From positions 22,072,001-22,136,000 of the forward strand of contig OX597839.1 in NCBI GenBank assembly GCA_951406725.2: DNA of 64,000 nt, read 5' to 3'. The DNA is from Octopus vulgaris (lineage: Eukaryota). Every line of letters starts with the position of its first letter. Position 1 is the stretch's first letter. Below, in pieces: positions 53,103 to 64,000 of this stretch. The notes under the pieces were generated by a model. It saw only the letters and a list, made by a program, of their open reading frames with translations. It searched no databases and had not been told where the DNA came from. Both the position numbers and the translations under genes were made by a program.

Positions 53103-53821
53103 CACTACCACCAGCACCAGCACCAGCACCACCAACACCAGAACCACCACCACCACCAACACCAGAACCACCACCACCACCAGAACCGCCACCACCACCA
53201 CCACCACCAACACCAGAACCACCACCACCACCACCAACACCAGAACCACCACCACCACCACCAACACCACAACCACCACCACCACCACCAACACCAGAAC
53301 CACCACCACCACCACCACCACCACCACCACCACCACCACCACCACCACCACCACCAACACCAGAACCACCACCACCACCAGAACCGCCACCACCGCCACC
53401 ACCACCAACACCAGAACCACCACCACCACCACCACCAGAACCACCACCACCACCAACACCAGAACCACCACCACCACCACCAACACCAGAACCACCACCA
53501 CCACCACCACCACCACCACCACCACCACCACCACCACCACCACCACCACATTGCCGCCGCTGCTGCCACCACCACCGCCTCCACCACCACCACCACCACC
53601 ACCAGAACCACCACCACCACCACTACATTGCCGCCGCTGCCGCCGCCTCCGCTGCCGTCGCCTCCGCTGCCGCCGCCTCCGCTGCCGCCGCCTCCGCTGC
53701 CGCCGCCTCCGCTGCCGCCGCCTCCGCTGCCGCCGCCTCCGCTGCCGCCGCCTCCGCTGCCGCCGCCTCCGCCTCCGCCGCCGCCTCCGCCGCCACCGCT
53801 GCCGCCACCACCACCATTGCC

Positions 53822-53918
<97 letters not shown>
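53103..53918 (+). repeat. compound trinucleotide satellite (CCA)n-(GCC)n-(ACT)n
   Basis: Read directly; produces spurious polyPro/His/Ala/Thr ORFs in all frames. Confidence 0.95.
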
Positions 53919-54765
53919 GTAACAGGAATAACTGCAGAGCTGATGCTTATCTCCTCAAAAGACAAGTTGTTTCATTGAACGGGAAACTGGCATTTAAAGA
54001 AAAACAAAAGGAAAACAAAAAAACAAAAAACGAAAACGAAGGCACACCAACTTCCCACCCCCCACATGTACACACACACATGCATTCACATGCACACTTG
54101 TCCATACAAACACATATGCATCCACCCACCCACACATAGTCTCTTGTGTTGCTAATTTTATTCCCAGGGCAAACTTCAATGAGAAAATATAGGATCATAT
54201 GCTTTCCTGCCATGGCCATCCAGTGTTATTATAACTCAAACAAGAAACAATGTTTCTTGTTTGACTGAACATTCTCTGATACATATACATACATACATAC
54301 ATACATATACATATATGTATACATAGGCACAGGAGTGGCTGTGTGGTAAGTAGCTTGCTAACCAACCACATGGTTCCGGGTTCAGTCCCACTGCGTGGCA
54401 TCTTGGGCAAGTGTCTTCTGCTATAGCCCCGGGCTGACCAATGCCTTGTGAGTGGATTTGGTTGACGGAAACTGAAAGAAGCCTGTCGTATATATGTATA
54501 TATATATATATGTGTGTGTTTGTGTGTCTTTGTTTGTTCCCCTAGCATTGCTTGACGACCGATGCTGGTGTGTTTACGTCCCCCGTCACTTAGCGGTTCG
54601 GCAAAAGAGACCGATAGAATAAGTACTGGGCTTACAAAGAATAAGTCCTCGGGTCGATTTGCTCAACTAAAGGCGGTGCTCCAGCATGGCTGCAGTCAAA
54701 TGACTGAAACAAGTAAAAGAGTAAAAGAGAGTATAGGGAGAGATATGGATATTATGTGTATATAT

Positions 54766-55415
54766 ACATGGTCTGATCAATAAATATCCGGACTGTTGCC
54801 ATAGTAATGAAGCTAAAGCACGTTGAGTGAAGCCGCTTGGCTTAGGTAGACCTACAACTCTGCTGTTTATGCACACTAAGTTTTAACGTTCTAGCGAATT
54901 TCCACTGTTTACAGCAGTGCTTGGAAGGAAGGTGTGTAGTGTGTGATAGTCGCATTGAACATGAGAGAGAAAGTTGAGCAGAGAATTTGCATCAAATGAT
55001 GCCAAAAGCTTAGTGATACCTGCTCAGTGGCCTACGCAAAGACTTCAAAATATTTTCATCATTCTCGACACAATCAAAGAGATGTTGTGCAATTGAAACC
55101 CGAGTGTCTTTTTGGTCAGCTGAAAGCAGTTTTGGCGCAAACTTGGCAGACACAGGTCTCATACCCAAATCTTCAGTGATAATGGACTGAACTGAACCGT
55201 AACTAATCTGAACATCCTCTGATGACTCACGGATGGTGAGTCGACGATTTCCCCTCACAGCTAGAGTCACATCTGTAATGTTTTTCCCAGTTCTGCTGAC
55301 ATTTTTTTGGCCATCTTGGAAACGTCTCAACCACTCGTACACTTGTATGCGGCTCATATTCTCCTCTCCATATACTTTCTGCAACTTTGCAGAGGCTTCC
55401 AAGCAGGTATCACCA
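54766..55415. mobile_element. mariner-type transposon 5' relic with internal inversion
   Basis: TA|CATGGTCTGATCAATAA end; + strand MREKVEQRICIK; - strand LQKVYGEENMSRIQVYEWLRRF...RRLTIRE...LGMRPVSAKFAPKLLS (mariner HTH and WVP-like motif). Confidence 0.75.
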
Positions 55416-55889
55416 CGACAACTTTCTCTGTCGTGGTCATGGTCTATATATACATGTGTGTGTGTATATACTTCTTTTACTTCAGTCATTTTGATTGTGG
55501 CTATGCTGGACCACCGAGTTTTAGTCGAAGAAATCGACCCCTTGACTTATTCTTTGTAAACTCGATATCAGTCTCTTTTGCCAAACTGCTAATGTTACAG
55601 GGACGTAAACACAGCAACATCGGTTGTCAAGTGATGGTGGTGGGACAAATACAGACACACACACACACACAAAACATATATATATAAGATGGGCTTCTTT
55701 CAGTTTCCATCTACCAAATCCATTCACAAGGCTTGTTGACCTGAGGCTACAGTAGGAGAAACTTGCCCAAGGTGCCAAGCAGTGGGGCTGAACCTGAAAC
55801 CATGTAGTTGGGAAGCAAGCTTCTTAACACACAGCCACGCCTGTGCCTATGCCACACAGTCACACCTGCACCTCGCCTATATATATATA

Positions 55890-57086
55890 TCTCTTATTAT
55901 AAAAGGCAGATTTTATCTGCCTCCCTTTGTCAGTTATAGAAATCTACAATATAGGATTTCTTCAATTACAATTTACCTAGCATTTTTAAGAGTAGAATGC
56001 ATCGGGTTTTGCCAGGTCCAGTTTTTAAAATTTAAACTCCAATTAAGCAAAATTTACAGAAAACTCACATTCTGGTGTGTATGTCAAATGCTTTTCTTAG
56101 TCTGGTTTACAGCACACGCAAACGCACACACACAGTGTGCAACGAATAAAGTGAAACTAGATGTAATATTTGTTTCTGTCTATCACGCTGATAGATACAT
56201 GAGTAAAATGTATGGCAAGCTAACAGATAAGAGTGAGTGAAAATGTTCTTGGAAGAGAGTAAATAGTGACAGAGTGATTTGAGGAAGACTAAACTGAAAG
56301 TATGAAACAGTGTTTATGTATAAACAGACGACACATATATAGTTATAAATGTATGCATCCGTTTAACCCTTTCGTTACCAAACTGCCCGAATTTACCTAT
56401 TCATATTTAAATGAGAATATCAGAGTAAATCTCTTTAGTACATTCGTGAAAACACGTATTATACTTCGTAAACACTTCAAATACAGTTTTGTACAAAAAT
56501 TGAAGTGTAATTTTAATTCCGTGAATTATGGGAGATTTTTTTCCGAAATTTGTTCCTATTGTGTTTTCAAAATTTGTAATTCTGACAAAAAATGGATATG
56601 AATTTCATTATATCAAGCAGCGAGTCAGAATTCGAAGGATTTTCTACTGAAGACCTTCATAAATCTAACTCTATGACTGAAAAAAAAAAGCATCTTTATA
56701 TAAGAGTGAAGTTGTGTGTCTGTCTCCTACGATTTAGATTCGTAACTACTCCCACATTTTGCGGTGCAGTTTAACCAAAAGCGGGTATCTTATAGTCGTG
56801 ATTCATATCGAGCCCTTCTGGGTATTAGCGCGCGTCTACGATGAGTCTACGATTTAAAAAAAATTTACCATCATATTTTTCCATTTTAATGCATTTTTTT
56901 CGCTTTTATATAAGGGAAGTAACTCTCTAAAAATATCTACGATGTGTCAACGATTTAAAAAAAAAATTTACCTTAATTTTTTTTCAATTTTTAATGCATT
57001 TTTTTGCTATTTTTTGGCTATAACTCTCTAAAAATGCTTTATAGTTATTTCCCTTACAACCCGAGCAACGCCGGGCGATACTGCTA

Positions 57087-57087
<1 letters not shown>
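55890..57087 (+). mobile_element. composite Helitron-like element (second TC start at 56693) containing a piggyBac-like left end
   Basis: A|TC starts at 55890 and 56693; hairpin CCCGAGCAACGCCGGG; CTAG|T at 57084-57087; TTAACCCTTTCG at 56363. Confidence 0.6.
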
Positions 57088-57121
<34 letters not shown>

Positions 57122-57715
57122 CGTATGTGTAATATACATGATGTATGCACACACATGCACACCAACATATGCATGTACACACAAGTGTGGCTGTTTGGTT
57201 AAGAACCTTGCTTCACAAGTATGTAGTCTCAGGTTCAGTCCCACTGGAAGACACCTTGGGCAAGTGTTTACTGCTTTAGCCCTGGGCTGATCAAAGCCTT
57301 GGAGGTGGATATGTTAGGTGGAAACTGATAGAAGCCTGTCTTATAAGTTTGTGAGTGCATGTGTGTGTGTGTGTGTGTGGATATCTCCATGTTTGTGTCT
57401 CCATGACTTGTCATCATGTGGTAGCTGTAAATAAGTTCCAATGACCTACATGTGGTGTCTGTAATTCACACCCAATCATTGGAGAAAACATATTTTGTTA
57501 TGGGGCAAATATCATCTTGTTTGCAAACACGTGAGTCTTGGTAACAGGATGGAGATCCAACTGTAGAAGAACAGGCACCACCCTCCACACACACACACAC
57601 CGATATCCATGATGACAGCCTCTACTCCATGAGTTCTTGGCACCATGGAGTAACTGGCAGGTCCCTCCTGATTGTCACCTAAGACACAACAGTCCTGGGT
57701 ATTCTTACCAACAAA

Positions 57716-58314
57716 GGCGGCAAGCTAGCAGAATCGTTAGCACGTCGGGCGAAATGCTTAGCGGTATTTCGGCTGCCGTTACGTTGTGAGTTCAAATTCC
57801 GCCGAGGTCGACTTTGCCTTTCATCCTTTCAGGGTCGATAAATTAAGTACCAGTTACGCACTGGGGTCGATGTGATCGACTTAATACCTATGTCTGTCCA
57901 TGTTTGTCCCCTCTGTGTTTAGCCCCTTGTGGGTAGTAAAGAAATAGGTATTTCGTCTGCTGCTATGTTCTGTGTTCAAATTCCACTGAGGTCGACTTTG
58001 CCTTTCATCCTTTCGGGGTCGATAAATTAAGTACCAGTTAAGCACTGGGGTCGATGTAATCGACTTAATACCTATGTCTGTCCTTGTTTGTCCCCTCTGT
58101 GTTTAGCCCCTTGTGGGTAATAAAGAAATAGGTATTTCGTCTGCTGCTATGTTCTGTGTTCAAATTCCACTGAGGTCGACTTTACCTTTCATCCTTTCGG
58201 GGTCGATAAATTAAGTACCAGTTAAGCACTGGGGTCGATGTAATCGACTTAATACCTATGTCTGTCCATGTTTGTCTCCTCTATGTTTAGCCCCTTGTGG
58301 GTAATAAAGAAATA
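57716..58314 (+). mobile_element. tandem trimer of the Tx1-tailed tRNA SINE with 16-bp TSD
   Basis: ggtattcttaccaaca at 57698-57713 and 58315-58330; ~184-bp internal period. Confidence 0.85.
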
Positions 58315-58711
58315 GGTATTCTTACCAACAGAACTATTCGGCCCCAGGATGTCAAATAACATAGTTGCGTACTTCAGCATCATCATCATCATCATCATTT
58401 AGCGTCTGCTTTCCATGCTGGCATGGGTTAGACTGGAACTGTAAGCTGGATTGCTGCACCACATTCAAATACACAATCCTGTTGGGTTTGACTGATACGA
58501 TCTCCTCATGTTACATCCCAGCATCACGAAAGCCTTGCATACAGCTGAGGTCATCTTTGTGTAGCACAGATCTGATAGTTGGCATCTGTCACCTTTGCTT
58601 GCTTTGTGACGGCTCTCATTAATCCATACAGAGGAAATAGAGTCCTTTCCCATGGGGAGGCACCATGAAGATACGGAGTTGCTGGACAAACTCAGTCATC
58701 CTAACAATGTC

Positions 58712-59030
58712 TGAACATCAAGAACACTCCATCCTGTTGGTTTTGGATGATACACTCCTGCCAGAAAGCTTCAGCTATTTCTCGTCCTTGGACACAAAAG
58801 ACCCAGCCATGTTCAAGAAGCTGTTAGTCTTTTGGTTGCTTTGACTGGCAACCAGAGCCTAAAACCCAAACAAATTTTGAACATCAAGAACACTCCATCC
58901 TGTTGGTTTTGGATGATACACTCCTGCCAGAAAGCTTCAGCTATTTCTCGTCCTTGGACACAAAAGACCCAGCCATGTTCAAGAAGCTGTTAGTCTTTTG
59001 GTTGCTTTGACTGGCAACCAGAGCCTAAAC
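58712..59030 (+). repeat. 166-bp tandem duplication
   Basis: tgaacatcaagaacactcc at 58712 and 58878; units essentially identical. Confidence 0.9.
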
Positions 59031-59460
59031 CCCATTGTGATCTTACATCTCCTGGGTCAGACTGGAATCTACCATGCTGGTGGTGTTGATACACCTGAAC
59101 GGAAAACGAGAACCCTAAAACCTAACACGTATCAGAATGGAAGCTGTTGCGGACCCTCAGCTTACCAGCCCTGGTCAAACCACCCAACCCACACCAGCAT
59201 GGACAACAGACGTTAAATAATGATGATGATGATGATGATGATGATAACATTATAATAGACTTGTCTTTGATTTGTGGTTCAACCAAAGATGCGTTCCAAA
59301 ATACCCTTCGTACTCAGGAAGATTTTCTTCTTTAATATAAAGTGGAAGAATGTGATTTGGAGGTGATGATGGTGGGGCTTGAGATATTTTGCCTGCTATT
59401 TCTAGCAGATTGAGTAGAGGCTGTTTCATTGTGGGTAGGGGGACATGAACAGGTATATGA

Positions 59461-59872
59461 GGCAGCGAGCTGGCAGAAACGTTAGCATGCCGGGCGAAAT
59501 GCTTAGCGGTATTTCGTCTGCGTTACGTTGTGAGTTCAAATTCCGCCGAGGTCGACTTTGCCTTTCATCCTTTCGGGGTCGATAAATTAAGTACCAGTTA
59601 CGCACTGGGGTCGATGTAATCGACTTAATACCTATGTCTGTCCTTGTTTGTCCCCTCTGTGTCTAGCCCCTTGTGGGTAATAAAGAAATAGGTATTTCGT
59701 CTGCGTTACGTTGTGAGTTCAAATTCCGCCGAGGTCGACTTTGCCTTTCATCCTTTCGGGGTCAATAAATTAAGTACTAGTTACGCACTGGGGTCGATGT
59801 GTTTGACTTAATACCTATGTCTGTCCTTGTTTGCCCCTCTGTGTTTATCCCCTTGTGGGTAGTAAAGAAATA
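59461..59872 (+). mobile_element. tandem dimer of the same SINE with ~12-bp TSD
   Basis: aggtatatgagg at 59451-59462 and 59872-59883. Confidence 0.85.
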
Positions 59873-60253
59873 GGTATATGAGGTGGGTTGGTCTGAGCAC
59901 AATATTGAAGGTGTGTGTGTGTGTGTGTGTGCATGTGTCTCTACATTTATGTGTTGTGTGTGTACATGTGTGTGACTACGTATGCGTGTTTGTTGGTGTG
60001 TCTACATGTGTGTGTGTATATATGAGCATGTGTATATCTGTATGTGTGTGTGTGTTTTTCACTTCTCCTTATCTTTACCTTCACCTTTTCTTCAGTCTTA
60101 GCATGACATTCAATGCGATATACATAGTGACACACAGACAGACAGAGATGTCAGAGGAAATGGAGTCCTTTCCCATGGGGAGGCATCATCATCAACACCA
60201 TTATCATCATCATCAACACCATTATCATCATCATCATCATCATCATTGTCATT

Positions 60254-60290
<37 letters not shown>

Positions 60291-60892
60291 ACACCATTAT
60301 CATCATCATCATCATTGTCATCATCGGCATCATTCTCATCAACATCATCAAAGCCACCACCACCACCACAACCACCACCACCACAACCACCACCACCACA
60401 GTCCCCACCACCACCACCACCACCACCACCACCATCATCATACATAAACCTGCGCAGTCACAAACACACACAGATACACGTCCATACTCACAAACATGCA
60501 CAGATGAACACACACACACACACACACACACACATACGCACTCATGTAAACACATACACACTTACACACACCCATAAACATGCTCACACGCATACACTCA
60601 CATACTCATGCAAACGTGCTACACACACACACACACACACACACACCACTCACAAAAGAGGAGTGAACGGCCAACTGGGCCAGCAGTAAGTATGGAAGGT
60701 CATAAGGGTCATTATTAATTCCAGTCAACTTCAAAAGCTGCTGCCTTCTTTCTGCCAAATTATTTTTCTTTCAAATGAGTCAGAAAATGATTTTCAAATG
60801 AAATAATTATATTTTAGTTTGATTTTCTTTTTATCCCACATTCTTCTGCTCTTTTACCCATTTCCACTCATTGGTCTGGTGCGTATTTTGTC

Positions 60893-61296
60893 GGCAGAAA
60901 CGTTAGCACGCCGGGCGAAATGCTTAGCAGTATTTCGTCTGCCGTTACGTTCTGAGTTCAAATTCCGCCGAGGTCGACTTTGCCTTTCATCCTTTCGGGG
61001 TCGATAAATTAAGTACCAGTTAAGCACTGGGGTCGATATAATCGACTTAATCCGTTTGTCTGTCCTTGTTTGTCCCCTCTATGTTTAGCCCCTTGTGGGT
61101 AGTAAAGAAATACGTATTTCATCTGCCGTTACGTTCTGAGTTCAAATTCCGCCGAGGTCGACTTTGCCTTTCATCATTTCGGGGTCGATAAATTAAGTAC
61201 CAGTTACGCACTGGGGTCGATATAATCGACTTAATCCGTTTGTCTGTCCTCGTTTGTCCCCTCTGTGTTTAGCCCCTTGTGGGTAGTAAAGAAATA
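60893..61296 (+). mobile_element. tandem dimer of the same SINE
   Basis: Two bodies joined at aagaaata|cgtatttc. Confidence 0.8.
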
Positions 61297-61562
61297 AGTT
61301 TCTATTTATTGAACAGCTAAGTGACCTTTTGACATAAAGGCAAAGCAACAATCTGTGTTGCATGGACTGGCATGCATGCACAATCATATACACTCACACA
61401 CACACATGTATGCATACACAAAAGTACATAAACATACACACACACATGTACACTCACGCATACACACTGAAGCACACATACTCACACACACACACACACA
61501 AAAGTGCACATGTACACATACATGAAAGCACACTCACATGGAAATATACAAACACACACACA

Positions 61563-61612
<50 letters not shown>

Positions 61613-61819
61613 CATATTAAAAGTGTGTCGCATGAAACAACCTCAAATATCTTGGTCCAGATCTGAATATAGGAGGAAACAAAGTGCATCGAAATACTGC
61701 CATAGTGAATGCTTTAGTATCAAAAACATGTACAACACACACACACACACACACAACAATGAAATATGGAGAGTAAGAGCTTCTAATTGTCTTTTATGGT
61801 GCTGCCTAACCATAAGGAG

Positions 61820-62140
61820 TTTCTGAAGTCGAGGCAAATATCACCAGCTGACCGGTGTCTGCTACTCTAGGCCGATGAAGGACAACGATCCTGAAACACG
61901 GTGTCCCTAGATGCAGTAACCGGCGGCCGGGGGTGTTTGTCTCCCCTTCGTATATGTATATAAGGACACGGGGAAAAAATGTGTCGAAGCTGTCAGGAGG
62001 CGTTCGATGCCTCCTAGGGCTATACAACGGTGGTGTACCCCCTACTGTCACGTTCTTGTTAGATTGACAGTATACAACCATTCTATCGCCCCACCACCGT
62101 ACAGGTCTCCACGAGAGATTTAGAAATTCAATATTTCTTA
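61820..62140 (+). mobile_element. Penelope-like terminal fragment carrying a hammerhead
   Basis: Shares ~190 bp with 6207-6396; hammerhead at 61866-61911. Confidence 0.6.
61866..61911 (+). ncRNA. minimal type I hammerhead ribozyme motif (U4C core variant)
   Basis: tctagg-CCGATGA-agga(caacga)tcct-GAAAC-acggt-GTC-cctaga; perfect 6-bp stem I and 4-bp stem II; predicted cleavage after C61905. Confidence 0.68.
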
Positions 62141-62641
62141 TATAAAAATAAGCTTACTTGGAAATAAATTGGACACCAGACTGGTTCCTTGGAATTCTTA
62201 GATTACTTATTTAGCATGGAAAAGTCCACATCATCATCATCATCGTTATCATTTGACGTCTACCTTCCATGCCAGCATGGGTTGGACGGTTTGACTGGAG
62301 CTGACCAGGCAGAAGCCTGCACCATACTTCTGTGTCTGTTTTGGCATGGGTTTTATGGCTGGATGCCCTTCCTGACACCAACCACTCTGTAGAGTGGACT
62401 GAGTGCTTTTTACATGGCACCAGCACAGGTGAGGTGGTCAGTTTTGGTTTGGTTTTTTTTACAATTGGATACCCTTCCAAATGCCAACCACTTCACAGTG
62501 TGCACTGGATGCATTCTATGTGGCACCAACACCAGCACCGGCAAGGTCACCAAGTAATTTTTGCAAGACAAGGAATTTTGGGGCATTAGGGAAGGTGATC
62601 TTGTGTCGGATGATGAAAGGTTAGACTGGGGACAGAGAGAT

Positions 62642-62677
<36 letters not shown>

Positions 62678-62689
62678 ATAAAGAAGTGC

Positions 62690-63089
62690 CAAGCTCTACT
62701 TGTGGAAGGGGTTAACTCAGGAAGAGGCAGGATGAGGTGTTGAGAAAGAATCTTCAGACAGTGGGGCCTCACTGAGGAAAAGCCAAGGGACCAGGGGTTG
62801 TGGTGATTTGCTGTACTTGATAAGATGCGTCAAGCTAAGTAAAATCGCTGTCTTCCACACATACAGGCTTGTCTTTTACAGGTGCCTCTTAAAAAGCATC
62901 TGTGCTGGCGCTGCATAAGCACCCAGCACATTCTGTAAAGTGGTTGGCATTAGGAAGGGCATCCAGCCATAGAAACGATACCACAAGAGACAATTGAAGT
63001 CTGGACAGCTTCTTGATTGGCCAGCCTCTATCAAACCCTCCAATCCAAGCTAGCATGCAAGATGGACATTAAATGATGATGATGATGAT
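62690..63089 (+). mobile_element. old RTE-like ORF end plus 3' UTR with (GAT)n tail
   Basis: FAVLDKMRQAK* followed by ggcattaggaagggcatccagcc...(gat)n. Confidence 0.7.
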
Positions 63090-63311
63090 GGTATATATAT
63101 ATCCCTCTCTCTCTCTTTCGGAGAGGCACTGAGCAGCTATACGCACACATACACACACGGCAGTAACTTCCACCTACCGAATTCAATCACAAAGCTCCGG
63201 TCAGCTCGGGGCTATAGTGGAAGACACCTACCCAAAGTGCCACGCAGTGGGACTGAACCCGAAACCATGTAGCTAGGAAGCAAGCTCCCTAACCACACAG
63301 CCATGCCTGCG

Positions 63312-63360
<49 letters not shown>

Positions 63361-63670
63361 AAGCTCTCCGCTGGTTACAACGATGAGGATCCCAGCTGAT
63401 ACGATCAACGGAACAGCTTGCTCGTGAAATTAACGTGCAAGTGACTGAGCGATCCACAGACACATGTACTCCTAACGTAGTTCTCAGGGAGATTCAGCAT
63501 GACACAGAGTGTGACAAGGCTGGCTCTTTGAATAACAGGTACAACTCATTTTTTTTGCCACTGAGTGGAACTGGAGCAACATGAAATAAAGTGTCTTGCA
63601 TTGCCATTGCCGGGAATTGAACTCACAACCTTACAATCGTGAGTTGAATACCACTAAGCCATGCGCCTTC

Positions 63671-63755
<85 letters not shown>

Positions 63756-64000
63756 ACATATATATACATACATACATATATATATGTACGTACACACACA
63801 TACTAAAAATGCTATATTTTGGCAGGATATCTGTTATAATATCTCCTAATATGATAACTCCTCATATGATATCTCCTGATATGGTAGTAGGACAGCTGCC
63901 CGAATGTTTCAACAAGCATTTCCAAAAGCTGGCATAATCTGCCACGATTGGATCTCATATCTCATTTAATTATTAACGATGAAACACTGAGAAAATAATA

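Noticed and set aside
52934-54139. 401-aa proline-rich extensin/formin-like ORF
   Set aside because: Open in nearly all frames because it is a trinucleotide satellite; it starts in a (GTAT)n repeat and has no domain or splice support.

Overview
AT-rich eukaryotic (metazoan) genomic DNA. The SINE and microsatellite landscape suggests a coleoid cephalopod such as Octopus, which is inference only. Two convergent spliced genes can be reconstructed by hand. (1) A TMEM201/Samp1/Ima1 inner-nuclear-membrane gene on + has 8 coding exons between 1293 and 20073 (644 aa in window; the first exon(s) lie upstream). (2) A 131-aa PLAC8/cornifelin-family gene on - has 3 coding exons between 38199 and 42569. 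The rest is repeats: decayed Tx1/L1, RTE, CR1 and R4/Dong-like LINE pieces, several tRNA-derived SINE families, non-autonomous Helitrons, TTAA (piggyBac-type) MITEs, a DD37D and a mariner relic, and long microsatellites. Most ORF-track entries are repeat artefacts. The most notable unexplained signal is a set of (TA)n-embedded, inverted or pseudo-LTR-like elements that carry type I hammerhead ribozyme motifs with canonical and variant cores (11076, 31585, 34420, 61866). Also notable is a SINE that shares its 3' tail with the local Tx1 LINE and appears to insert at GGT-starting sites, including within itself.
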